A stretch of DNA of 64,000 bases from Acidobacteriota bacterium. GTDB taxonomy: Bacteria; Acidobacteriota; UBA890; WLXD01. The position numbers and the translations under genes are program-made. Of the stretch, positions 17,925-26,090 are shown piece by piece. Under the pieces are notes generated by a model. That model was not told where the DNA came from. It did no database searches and saw only the letters and a list, made by a program, of their open reading frames with translations. The stretch covers positions 1,820,564 through 1,884,563 of the forward strand of contig CBDFKO010000002.1 of NCBI GenBank assembly GCA_965248845.1, written 5' to 3'. The stretch's first letter is position 1. Every line of letters begins with the position of its first letter.

Positions 17925-19961
17925 CTAGACGGCCAGCTCCAGGTCGCCCTCGCCGCGCAGCTCCCTGGCCAGGCGCGCGAACTGCGGCAAGGTCAGCGAC
18001 TGGGGGCCGTCGCTCTTGGCCTTGTCAGGTTCGGGGTGAATCTCGACCATCACACCGTGGGCCCCCACGGCCAGCGCTGCCCGCGCCAGCGGCGGAACCC
18101 AGCGACGCAACCCGGCAGCGTGTGACGGATCGACGATCACCGGCAGGTGGGTTCGCTCTCGGACCACAGGGATCGCGCTCAGGTCGAGCGTGCCTCGGGT
18201 GGCGGTCTCGAAGGTGCGGATCCCACGCTCGCACAGGATCACCTCCTGGTTACCGCGCTCGAGGATGTACTCGGCGGCCGCCAGCCATTCTTCGATGCAG
18301 GACATCATGCCGCGTTTGAGCAGCACCGGCCGCTGCACCTCGCCGACCGCCCGCAACAGCGCGAAGTTCTGGACGTTGCGGGCACCGATCTGCAGCACGT
18401 CGGCGAGCTCGGCCACGCCCGCGACATCGCCCGGGTGCAGGACCTCGGTCACGATCGGCAGGCCGTAGCGCCGCCCGGCCTCCGCAAGTAGCTCCAGTCC
18501 CTCGTAGCCCAGCCCCTGGAACGAATAGGGCGATGTTCTCGGCTTGAAGCAGCCGCCTCGCAACATCTGGCCGCCGGACTCCTTGACCGCGGCCGCGCAG
18601 GCAGCGATCTGGGTGGCGGACTCGACCGAGCACGGGCCGCCGATCAGCACGGGCTCGTGGCCTCCGACGGTGACCTGGCCGATGCGCACCAGCGTGTCCT
18701 CATTCCGGGTTGCCCGCGAGGCAAGCGGATACGACGAGCTGGCGTGCGCCTGGTCCTCGGTCTTGGCCGGCTCCAGCCGCTGAAGTCGGGTACTGGCCCG
18801 CCGGCGGGGCGTGCTCGTGGAGCGCCAGCCCGCCGTGGCCTGTGCACAGGGGTAGGAGCCGAGGACCCGGATGTAGCGGGCCCGCGCCGTGACGCGGCGC
18901 AGCGCTTCGGCAACGTTGTCGTCGTTCGCGTTGCCCTCGAAGTCGAGGTAGAAGGTGTACTCCCATGGGGTCTTGGGTAGCGGACGTGATTCGAGCTTGG
19001 TGAGGTTCAGGTCGTGCTCGGCGAGCACGTCGAGGCAACGGGCCAGGGCACCGCGTTCGTGCCGCGTCACCAGGACGAGCGATGTTTTGCAGGGCGTCTC
19101 CCCCTCGAGTGTGGCCGCCTCGCGCGCTATCACCAGGAATCGGGTGTAGTTCTCGCGCTGGTTGGCGATATTGCGCGCGATCACGGTCAGCCCGTGCAGG
19201 GAGGCCGCCTCGGCGCTGGCGATCGCCGCCTGGGTCGAGTCGTCTTCGGCGACGATTCGCTCCACCGCCATCGCGGTGTCGGTATACGCCTCGGCGGTAC
19301 AGTCGGCAAGGTTTCCCAGGAAGCGGCTGCACTGAGCCAGCGCCTGCGGGTGCGACAGGACCCGCGTGATGCTCTCGACGGGTACGGGTCGTAGGGCCAC
19401 CAAACAGTGATCGATGCGGAGGATCTCTTCGCCGACGGCAACGAGGCGCGTGTCCGCCAGAAGATCGTAGGCTTCGTTGATCGACCCGGCAGTGGTGTTC
19501 TCGATCGGCAGTAGGGCGCGGTCCGCCTCGCCCCGGCTCACCGCCTCGAGGGTCTCACGGAAGGTGGGGGAGCCACGCAGCTCGAGCTCCCGCCCACGGT
19601 CCGCGAAGTGTCTGCGGGCGGCGATCTGGCTGTAGGCACCGTCGCTGCCCTGGTAGGTGACACGTATCGGACGACTGTCGGTCGCCTTGGCCATGTGCTC
19701 CACCTGGTAGCGCACCGAGTGCTCGAGGATGCCGCGATACAGCGAGTCGATGACCTCCTCGTCCATGCCATGTTCACGAGCGTGGCGGCGAACCTCGTGC
19801 AAGAGCTCGGCCTCGCGCTGCTGATCGCGCAACGGGACTGTCGCACCGGACTTCGCGTCGGCCGCCGCCAAGGCCAGACGGAAGCGTTCGGTGAGCTGTC
19901 GTACAAGCTCGGCGTCGAGGGCGTCGAGCCGTCCTCGCAGATCGGAGAGTTGGTCGGACAT
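17925..19961 (-). CDS. trifunctional fusion: chorismate mutase (AroQ) - prephenate dehydratase with ACT domain - 3-deoxy-7-phosphoheptulonate (DAHP) synthase type I-beta
   Basis: N-terminal MSDQLSDLRGRLDALDAELVRQLTERFRLA (AroQ); IRVTYQGSDGAYSQIAA...ESRPLPKTPWEYTFYLDFEG (PDT + ACT); C-terminal VGGHEPVLIGGPCSVES...GARNVQNFALL...LLKRG...IVDPSHA...GVMVEIHPEPDKAKSDGPQSL (KDO8PS-like DAHPS I-beta). Start at ATG 19959..19961 is preceded by GAGGAAG. Confidence 0.85.
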   Translation of the reverse strand: MSDQLSDLRGRLDALDAELVRQLTERFRLALAAADAKSGATVPLRDQQREAELLHEVRRHAREHGMDEEVIDSLYRGILEHSVRYQVEHMAKATDSRPIRVTYQGSDGAYSQIAARRHFADRGRELELRGSPTFRETLEAVSRGEADRALLPIENTTAGSINEAYDLLADTRLVAVGEEILRIDHCLVALRPVPVESITRVLSHPQALAQCSRFLGNLADCTAEAYTDTAMAVERIVAEDDSTQAAIASAEAASLHGLTVIARNIANQRENYTRFLVIAREAATLEGETPCKTSLVLVTRHERGALARCLDVLAEHDLNLTKLESRPLPKTPWEYTFYLDFEGNANDDNVAEALRRVTARARYIRVLGSYPCAQATAGWRSTSTPRRRASTRLQRLEPAKTEDQAHASSSYPLASRATRNEDTLVRIGQVTVGGHEPVLIGGPCSVESATQIAACAAAVKESGGQMLRGGCFKPRTSPYSFQGLGYEGLELLAEAGRRYGLPIVTEVLHPGDVAGVAELADVLQIGARNVQNFALLRAVGEVQRPVLLKRGMMSCIEEWLAAAEYILERGNQEVILCERGIRTFETATRGTLDLSAIPVVRERTHLPVIVDPSHAAGLRRWVPPLARAALAVGAHGVMVEIHPEPDKAKSDGPQSLTLPQFARLARELRGEGDLELAV

Positions 19962-19986
19962 GGTCTCTTCCTCGTCGGGTGCGCAA

Positions 19987-20013
19987 GAAAAAACCCGCCG
20001 GTTGCCCGGCGGG
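19987..20013 (-). terminator. intrinsic terminator of a leader-peptide attenuator (GC stem CCCGCCGG/CCGGCGGG, loop GCAA, then U6), 27 nt upstream of the start codon
   Basis: Minus-sense: CCCGCCGGGCAACCGGCGGGTTTTTTC directly 5' of ACCCGACGAGGAAGAGACC-ATG. Confidence 0.7.
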
Positions 20014-20037
20014 TAGCAAGCGCGAAGTCGGTCGCGG

Positions 20038-20133
20038 CTAGGCCACCCGCTGGCTCCAGCGGGTAAACAAAAACTCGAAGGCTGCAAACGCACCGGGAGC
20101 GACGCGAGGTGCCGGGCAGGACCCGGGTCGCAT
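20038..20133 (-). CDS. Phe-rich leader peptide (31 aa: MRPGSCPAPRVAPGAFAAFEFLFTRWSQRVA) of the attenuator
   Basis: ATG..TAG small ORF with four Phe codons within eight codons (F-A-A-F-E-F-L-F). These sit immediately 5' of a hairpin-forming segment (ACCCGCTG/CAGCGGGT), whose 3' arm can instead pair with segment 3 (GCTACCCGC) of the downstream terminator. Confidence 0.6.
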   Translation of the reverse strand: MRPGSCPAPRVAPGAFAAFEFLFTRWSQRVA

Positions 20134-20298
20134 CTGGGTTCGGTGCGAGGCAGCGGCTTCGTTCATGGGCGAGAGAGTCGCGAATTTGCGCGGCCGCGTC
20201 AAGACGGGTGCACCGTTTCACCCCCGGGAGAGGCCGTCGGCAACCGTCAGGTCGGGCCAGGAACGCCGGGCGATGCGTCCATCGGGAGTCCCGGCCTG

Positions 20299-21372
20299 CT
20301 AGCCGAGCACGTCCTGGTAGAGGCGGTAGAGGTTGCCGCCGATGACCATCTCCGCCTGATCCTCGGAGTAGCCCCGGCGCATCAGCCCGTCCCAGACGAT
20401 CTCCATCCGCCGGGGGCCGTTCATTCGCGGCATGTAGAGCGGCCAGTCCTCGGGGACGAACTGGGCTCCCTCCTCCTGGATGAGTGTCTGCACTTCTTCC
20501 TGGGTGTCCTGGATGACGCGGTGGTCGCGGTCCGATCCGATACAAACGTGCTCGATGCCGGCGACGTTGATGGCGTGCGTGATGTGATCGAAGTAGAAGC
20601 GCACGTTGTCGTCGCTGCGATCCGTCGTCAGGAAGGGCCGGATCTGACAGACGCCGACGACGCCCCCGTGGTTGGCCAGCAGCCGCAGGTTGGCGTCCGT
20701 GGTGTTGCGGACGTGCTCGTGGACGGCCTGGCAGGCGGTGTGGGAGATGATCGTTGGATGCCGCGACGTGGCGATGGCCTCGGCCATGGTCGTCATGTTG
20801 GCGTGCGAGGTATCGACGAGCATACCGACCTCGTTCATGCGCTCGATGAGCTGGCGGCCGAAGATGGTCAGGCCGTGGTTGCCCTGCTCCCGGCAGCCGG
20901 AGCCTACGTAGTTCTGATAGTTGTAGGTCAGCTGCAGATACCGCAGTCCCATGCTGTGGAACAGATCGACGCGGTCGAGGTCCTTCTGGATCGGGGTCGT
21001 GTTCTGCAGCATGTACAAGAGCGCCAGTTTGCCCTCGGCTCGGGCCCGATCGATGTCCGCCACCCGGGTGGCCTTCACCAGCAGCTCGGAGTGTGCGGCG
21101 ATGTGGCGGTCGTAGGCGGCAAGATCGTCGAGCGCGGCATCGAGAGCCGCCTCGCCGAACACCTTGGGATCGGTGAGGGTGACGCACACCGAGCTCGTGC
21201 CGCTGTCGAGGACCTCCCGGATCAGCTCCATGGGGTGGGTCAGCCGGATCTCCCCCATGGCGTCCAAGATCAAGGGGCCCCGCTGACCGCTGCCAGAAGC
21301 GAGGGCGCGCCCGGTGACGGAGCTGGCCAGGAGCCCGCCCCCGGCGGCTCCGAGGAATTGACGGCGATCCAT
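20299..21372 (-). CDS. membrane dipeptidase (peptidase M19 family) with Tat-type signal
   Basis: MDRRQFLGAAGGGLLASS twin-arginine-like N-terminus. Renal-dipeptidase-family core (LILDAMGE...GLRYLQLTYNYQNY...MLVDTSHA...ISHTACQAV...CIGSDRDHR). Confidence 0.75.
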   Translation of the reverse strand: MDRRQFLGAAGGGLLASSVTGRALASGSGQRGPLILDAMGEIRLTHPMELIREVLDSGTSSVCVTLTDPKVFGEAALDAALDDLAAYDRHIAAHSELLVKATRVADIDRARAEGKLALLYMLQNTTPIQKDLDRVDLFHSMGLRYLQLTYNYQNYVGSGCREQGNHGLTIFGRQLIERMNEVGMLVDTSHANMTTMAEAIATSRHPTIISHTACQAVHEHVRNTTDANLRLLANHGGVVGVCQIRPFLTTDRSDDNVRFYFDHITHAINVAGIEHVCIGSDRDHRVIQDTQEEVQTLIQEEGAQFVPEDWPLYMPRMNGPRRMEIVWDGLMRRGYSEDQAEMVIGGNLYRLYQDVLG

Positions 21373-21518
21373 ACTCGTACTCCCCATTTCTCGACGGCCC
21401 GGCCGGGCCGCTAGTCTGTTCTCGGCGCCTCTTTGTAGCACGGGCGTCGATCTTGTGACACCGGCCGGGATACGATATAATTCAACATTAGGTTGTATGA
21501 TATTACATTGGATCGAAC

Positions 21519-21848
21519 ATGAGCCTTCCCGACATCACGCATCTGCAGTTCCTTGTCCTCTCGAGCCTGCGCCAGGGCGCTCAGGCAGGCCGAGTCATTC
21601 GCGCGCTGCTGCGCAGCAACGGCGTGCGACGCAGCGGCCCCGCCTTCTACCAGATGATGGCGCGGCTGGAAGACGCCGGCCTCGTCGAGGGCCGCTACGA
21701 GCAACGGGTTGTCCAGAGCCAGGCGATCAAGGAGCGCAGCTACGCGATCACCGATGTCGGGGAGGACGCCTGGGAGGCCACGCGAGATTTCTATCTGGGC
21801 AACCTGGCGGCGGATGCTGGCGCCAACCGGGGCGCGGAGCGTGCCTGA
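21519..21848 (+). CDS. PadR family transcriptional regulator
   Basis: Winged-helix PadR pattern (LQFLVLSSLRQGAQAGRVIRALL...GPAFYQMMARLEDAGLVEGRYEQ). Its stop overlaps a GTG start of the downstream permease (GTGCCTGA). Confidence 0.75.
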   Translation: MSLPDITHLQFLVLSSLRQGAQAGRVIRALLRSNGVRRSGPAFYQMMARLEDAGLVEGRYEQRVVQSQAIKERSYAITDVGEDAWEATRDFYLGNLAADAGANRGAERA

Positions 21849-24595
21849 GTCTGTGCACCGCTCCTGGGTGCTGCGGTTTCTGCTACCCGAGTGGAACCGG
21901 GAGCGCATCTTCGATCCGTCGTTCGCCGATCTGATGGCGGATCATCGCCGGTTGCGGCCGGCAGATCGTCCGGTGCGCCGGCCCACCGGCGCGCACCTCT
22001 GGTTGCGTGCACTCGTCCTGCTGGTGGCCTGCTGGCGGATCGGCTGGGCGGAGCGCTGGCACCGGCTGCGCGGCCGCTACTCACTCACCCGCCGGGTACT
22101 GCCGCGTTTTGGCTTGCAGAACGGGTCGACTCCGGGCGGCCGCATGATCCTCCCCACACAGGAGAGTCCCTTGGAGTCGCTGGCCCGGGACATTCGGTTC
22201 GCCTGGCGCGCGCTGCGAGCCCGCCAGGGCTTTGCGGTCGTGGTGATCGCCATCCTGGCGCTCGGGATCGGCGCCAATACGACGATCTTCACGCTGCTCG
22301 ACAAGGTCGTTCTGCGGCCCCTGGATTTCCCCGGTTCGTCGCAGCTGGTCACCGTGACCGAGACCAACCGGGCCAGCGGCGAGGAGACCGAGGCCTCCGT
22401 CACCGCGCGTGGTTTCCTCGACTGGCGGGAGCGGGCCCGCCTGTTCGACGGCCTGGTTGCCCTGAACACCGCCAGCTTCAATCTCGCCGTCGATGAGCGC
22501 ACCGTCCAGCTGTCGGGGCTCTGGGTCTCCGGTAACTTCTTCGACGTGCTGCAGATGCCGCCGGTTGGCCGTGGCTTCACTCCGCTGGCCGATCGCGCGA
22601 CGGCAGAGGTCGTCATCAGCCACGGCCTTTGGGTGACCCGTTTCGCCGGGTCCCAGGAGGCGGTCGGCAGCGAGTTGATGCTCGACGGCGAGCTCTTCGT
22701 GGTTGTGGGCGTGGTGCAACCGGCCTTCAGCTTCGGCACCGATGTGGACATCTGGGCTGCGGCCGACAACGACGTACCGCGACCACCGGTCGATACGGGG
22801 CAGGACTACACGGCCGACTACGGTCTCGGCTACCTCGACGTCATCGGGCGCCTACGCGACGGCGTCACGCTCGAGCAGGCCACCGAGGAGATGCAGGCGA
22901 TCTCTGCCGCCATCAGCGATGAGCAACCCGAGGATCAGAGCGATCGCGGGGTATATCTGAGCAGCCTGCACGAGGCTGCGGTCCGCGGCGTGCGTACGCC
23001 CCTGATTGGGCTCGGCTTCGTCCTGCTGATCGCCTGTGCCAACATCGCGAGCCTCATGCTGGCCCGTGCCAGTGGCCGGCGGCGCGAAATGGCGATCCGC
23101 GAGGCGATGGGGGCGTCGCGGCGACGCCTCTTCCGCTTTCTCGTTGTCGAGAGCCTGATCCTGTCACTCGCCGGCGGGGCACTCGGCGTCGGCCTGGCCT
23201 TCCTGGGCGGCGAGCTGTTCGTGGGGCTCGTCCCCGAGTTGCCGCGCGAAATCGAGATGACCTTGGACGCTCGGATCGTCGGCTTCGCGATCGCGGTCAG
23301 CGCGCTCAGCGGGCTCTTGTTCGGGACCGCGCCGGCCTGGCAGACGGCGCGCTCCGACCTGCGCAGCACTCTCGGTTCGACACGGGTCAGCGAGGGTGCT
23401 GGCGCGCAGCGCTTCCGCGGGTTGCTCGTCGTCGCGGAGATTGCCATCGCGCTGGTGTTGGTGATCGGGGCGGGCCTGATGATCAAGAGCTTCGCGCGAC
23501 TGGTCGGCGTCGAGCCCGGGTTCGACCCCGGGGGGGTGGCCGTGTTCAGCGTTGCACTTCCGGACAATCGGTACGCCGAGGACGCCAAGACGGTCGCTTT
23601 CTTCGACGAGGCGCTGCGACAGCTGCGCCGATTACCGGGCGTCGAGTCGGCCGGCATGGTGCTGGCGTTGCCGTTCTCCGGATCCGCCGCGCGGATCAGC
23701 TTCTTCCTCGAGGGCCAGACCGGCGAGGAAGAGGGGCTCGACCAGCGAGCCGTTTTCCAGACAGGATCGTCCGACTACTTCCGCACCATGCGGATCCCGA
23801 TGATCGCTGGGCGCGACTTCAACGATCTCGATGTCGCCGACGGGCTGGGCGTCGTGATCGTCAACGAGGAGCTGGTGCGGCGCCACTTTCCGTCCGACCG
23901 GGATCCGCTGAGCATGCGGTTGCATTTCGGCGACAACGACTTTGTCCAGGTGGTCGGGGTGGTTGGCAACGTGCGACACGACGGCTACGGAGGTGAGCAG
24001 TGGCCCGAGCTCTACGCCCCGGTCCGCCAGGTACCGTGGCGCTTCGCTACCTTCATGGTCCGCGGCAGCGGTGACGTCGCCTCCCTGGTGCCCGAGGGGC
24101 GCCAAGCGTTCGGCCGAGTCGACCCACTCCTGACGGTGCACCGCGCCCTCCCATTAACGCGCCCTCCCATTAACCGGTGTCCTGACCGGCTCGGTAGCCC
24201 AGCCCCGGTTCATCGCGCTGCTCCTGAGCATCTTCGCCTCTTCGGCGCTGCTGCTCGCTGCGCTCGGTATCTTCGGCGTGATCAACTACTCGGTCGGTCA
24301 GCGCACCAACGAGATCGGCATCCGGATGGCCCTGGGCGCCGACGGCGGCTCGGTACGGGGCCTGATCTTGCGCCAGGGACTCTGGTTGCTCGGCGTCGGA
24401 GGCTTGCTCGGGCTCCTTGGCGGCGCTGCCCTGACGCGGCTGGTGGCGAGCCAGCTGCACGAGGTCACGCCGCTCGATCCGGCGGTGTATGCGACCGGCC
24501 TGTTGGTGCTCAGCGCGGTGGCGCTGCTGGCGACCTGGCTGCCGGCGCGGCGCGCGACCCGCATCGATCCGGTAGGCGCGTTGCGTGGGGATTGA
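21842..24595 (+). pseudogene. ADOP-type (acidobacterial duplicated orphan permease) FtsX/MacB-like ABC permease disrupted by a 16-bp tandem duplication
   Basis: MacB-like periplasmic domain plus FtsX helices (RFAWRALRARQGFAVVVIAILALGIGANTTIFTL...; second FtsX ...NYSVGQRTNEIGIRMALGA...LPARRATRIDPVGALRGD*). Reading frame lost at 24142..24173; removing one 16-bp unit restores ...TVHRALPLTGVLTGSVAQPRFIALLLSIFA... Confidence 0.7.
24142..24173 (+). repeat. perfect 16-bp tandem duplication (CGCGCCCTCCCATTAA x2) causing a +1 frameshift in the ADOP permease gene
   Basis: gtgcac-CGCGCCCTCCCATTAA-CGCGCCCTCCCATTAA-ccggtg seen directly. Confidence 0.85.
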
Positions 24596-24749
24596 ACGGC
24601 TCTGCGTCGTGAGCGCCTCAGGAACGGGGTTGCCGCTGCTGCGATCGTCCTGATCGCGTCGTGTGCGCCGACCAGGGCGCCCGTGAAGCCGACGAAGGAA
24701 AGGGCCACCCGAAGGTGGCCCCTTAGTCCCTTCCGACGCTAGTCCCGCG

Positions 24750-26090
24750 CTATTGCGAGTCGCGACCTGGCCGGGAGCTGTACTTCTCGTACAGCTCCTT
24801 GTGCTTGTTGTCGGTGCTGGTCCAGCGGCCGGCGATGATCAGGTGCTCGATCTGCACATTGATCTCGAGCGGATCGCCGCTGGCGACCACGACGTTGGCG
24901 ATCTTGCCCTCCTCGATCGAGCCGAGCTGATCGTCGACCCCGAGGATCTTAGCCGGGTTCAACGTGACGGCCTTCAGCCCCTCCTCGTGCGGCAGCCCGA
25001 AAGCGACCGCCTGGCCTGCCTCGTACGGTAGGGTCCGTGCCGAGGAGGCATTGAAGGTCGAGATGGCGAAGGTGACGCCGGCCTCGTGCAGCTTGGCGGG
25101 CTGCGTGTAGGCCGAGTCGTACGGGTCGTCCTCGGTCGCCGGCATCGACTGTGTTGCCCCGAGAATCACCGGGATGTTCTTCTCGGCCAGAAGCTCCGCC
25201 TCCTTCCATGCCTCGCTGGCACCCGCCAGGATGATGCGGACGTTGGCGCGCTCGCCGAAGGCGATCGCCTCGCGAATGTCGCGCCTGCCCCTGACGTTGA
25301 TCAACAGCGGCATAGCACCGTTGGCGACCCTGCCGAGCGCCTCGAGCTTCAGGTTTCGATCCAGGATCTGACCCGACTCGGCGGCCGTGGCGTAGCGCTG
25401 GGCATCGGCCAGCCATTCCTCGAGGGTGGCGATGGCCGCGTCGTACTGGGCCTTGCGTTCGGAGAACGGAGGTCCGGAAGCGGCGCGGAAGCGCCCGAAG
25501 CGACCGCCGCCGCCGAGCGACGGCCAGTTGACCACCATGTAGACGCCGGCATCGAGGATCATCTCCTCGATGGTCCAGCCGTCGAGATTCATCAGCGAGC
25601 CCTGGCCGGCAACGCTGATGCGCATGCCGCCACCGCCGCCGCGGCGGAAGCCGCCACCGCTGTTGGGCGAGGCCACTACGTGAGTAATCCCGTTGGCTCG
25701 GGTCACCGGGATGATCGCGCTGGCCGGGTGCACCGCGGTGGCTCCCTGGAGATGGGCGTTGTTGTCACCCAGCTCGGCGAAGTCGGAGGTCACGGTGACC
25801 TGGCCAATCTCGGTCAGCCCGACCCGGGTGACCGCGTCGAACATGCCCGGGTAGACCACCGAGCCGGTCGCGTCGATCACCGTGGCGCCGTCGGGCACCG
25901 CGGTGTCGGCGCCACCCACGGCGGCGATACGGCCGTCGCGGATCACGACGACGCCGTTTTCGATTTCTCCGGCGGCACCCAGGGTATAGACCTGGCCACC
26001 ACGGATGACGATGACGTCTTCCTGGGCGGAGGCGAAGCCGGCGGTGCCGAGCACCGCCACTGCCAGCAGTGCGACGATCTTGCGCTTCAT
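24750..26090 (-). CDS. secreted amidohydrolase-family protein with a degenerate metal-binding site
   Basis: Signal peptide and amidohydrolase fold. The position of the HxH motif reads VVYPGMFDAVTRVGL (no His). Start overlaps the upstream gene stop (ATGA). Confidence 0.65.
   Translation of the reverse strand: MKRKIVALLAVAVLGTAGFASAQEDVIVIRGGQVYTLGAAGEIENGVVVIRDGRIAAVGGADTAVPDGATVIDATGSVVYPGMFDAVTRVGLTEIGQVTVTSDFAELGDNNAHLQGATAVHPASAIIPVTRANGITHVVASPNSGGGFRRGGGGGMRISVAGQGSLMNLDGWTIEEMILDAGVYMVVNWPSLGGGGRFGRFRAASGPPFSERKAQYDAAIATLEEWLADAQRYATAAESGQILDRNLKLEALGRVANGAMPLLINVRGRRDIREAIAFGERANVRIILAGASEAWKEAELLAEKNIPVILGATQSMPATEDDPYDSAYTQPAKLHEAGVTFAISTFNASSARTLPYEAGQAVAFGLPHEEGLKAVTLNPAKILGVDDQLGSIEEGKIANVVVASGDPLEINVQIEHLIIAGRWTSTDNKHKELYEKYSSRPGRDSQ

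Noticed and set aside
24142-24173. The tandem duplications (16 bp x2 at 24142 and 21 bp x2 at 50015) as candidate CRISPR or minisatellite arrays
   Set aside because: Only two directly abutting units each with no spacers, so these are simple duplications. No CRISPR-like repeat-spacer architecture is present anywhere in the window.
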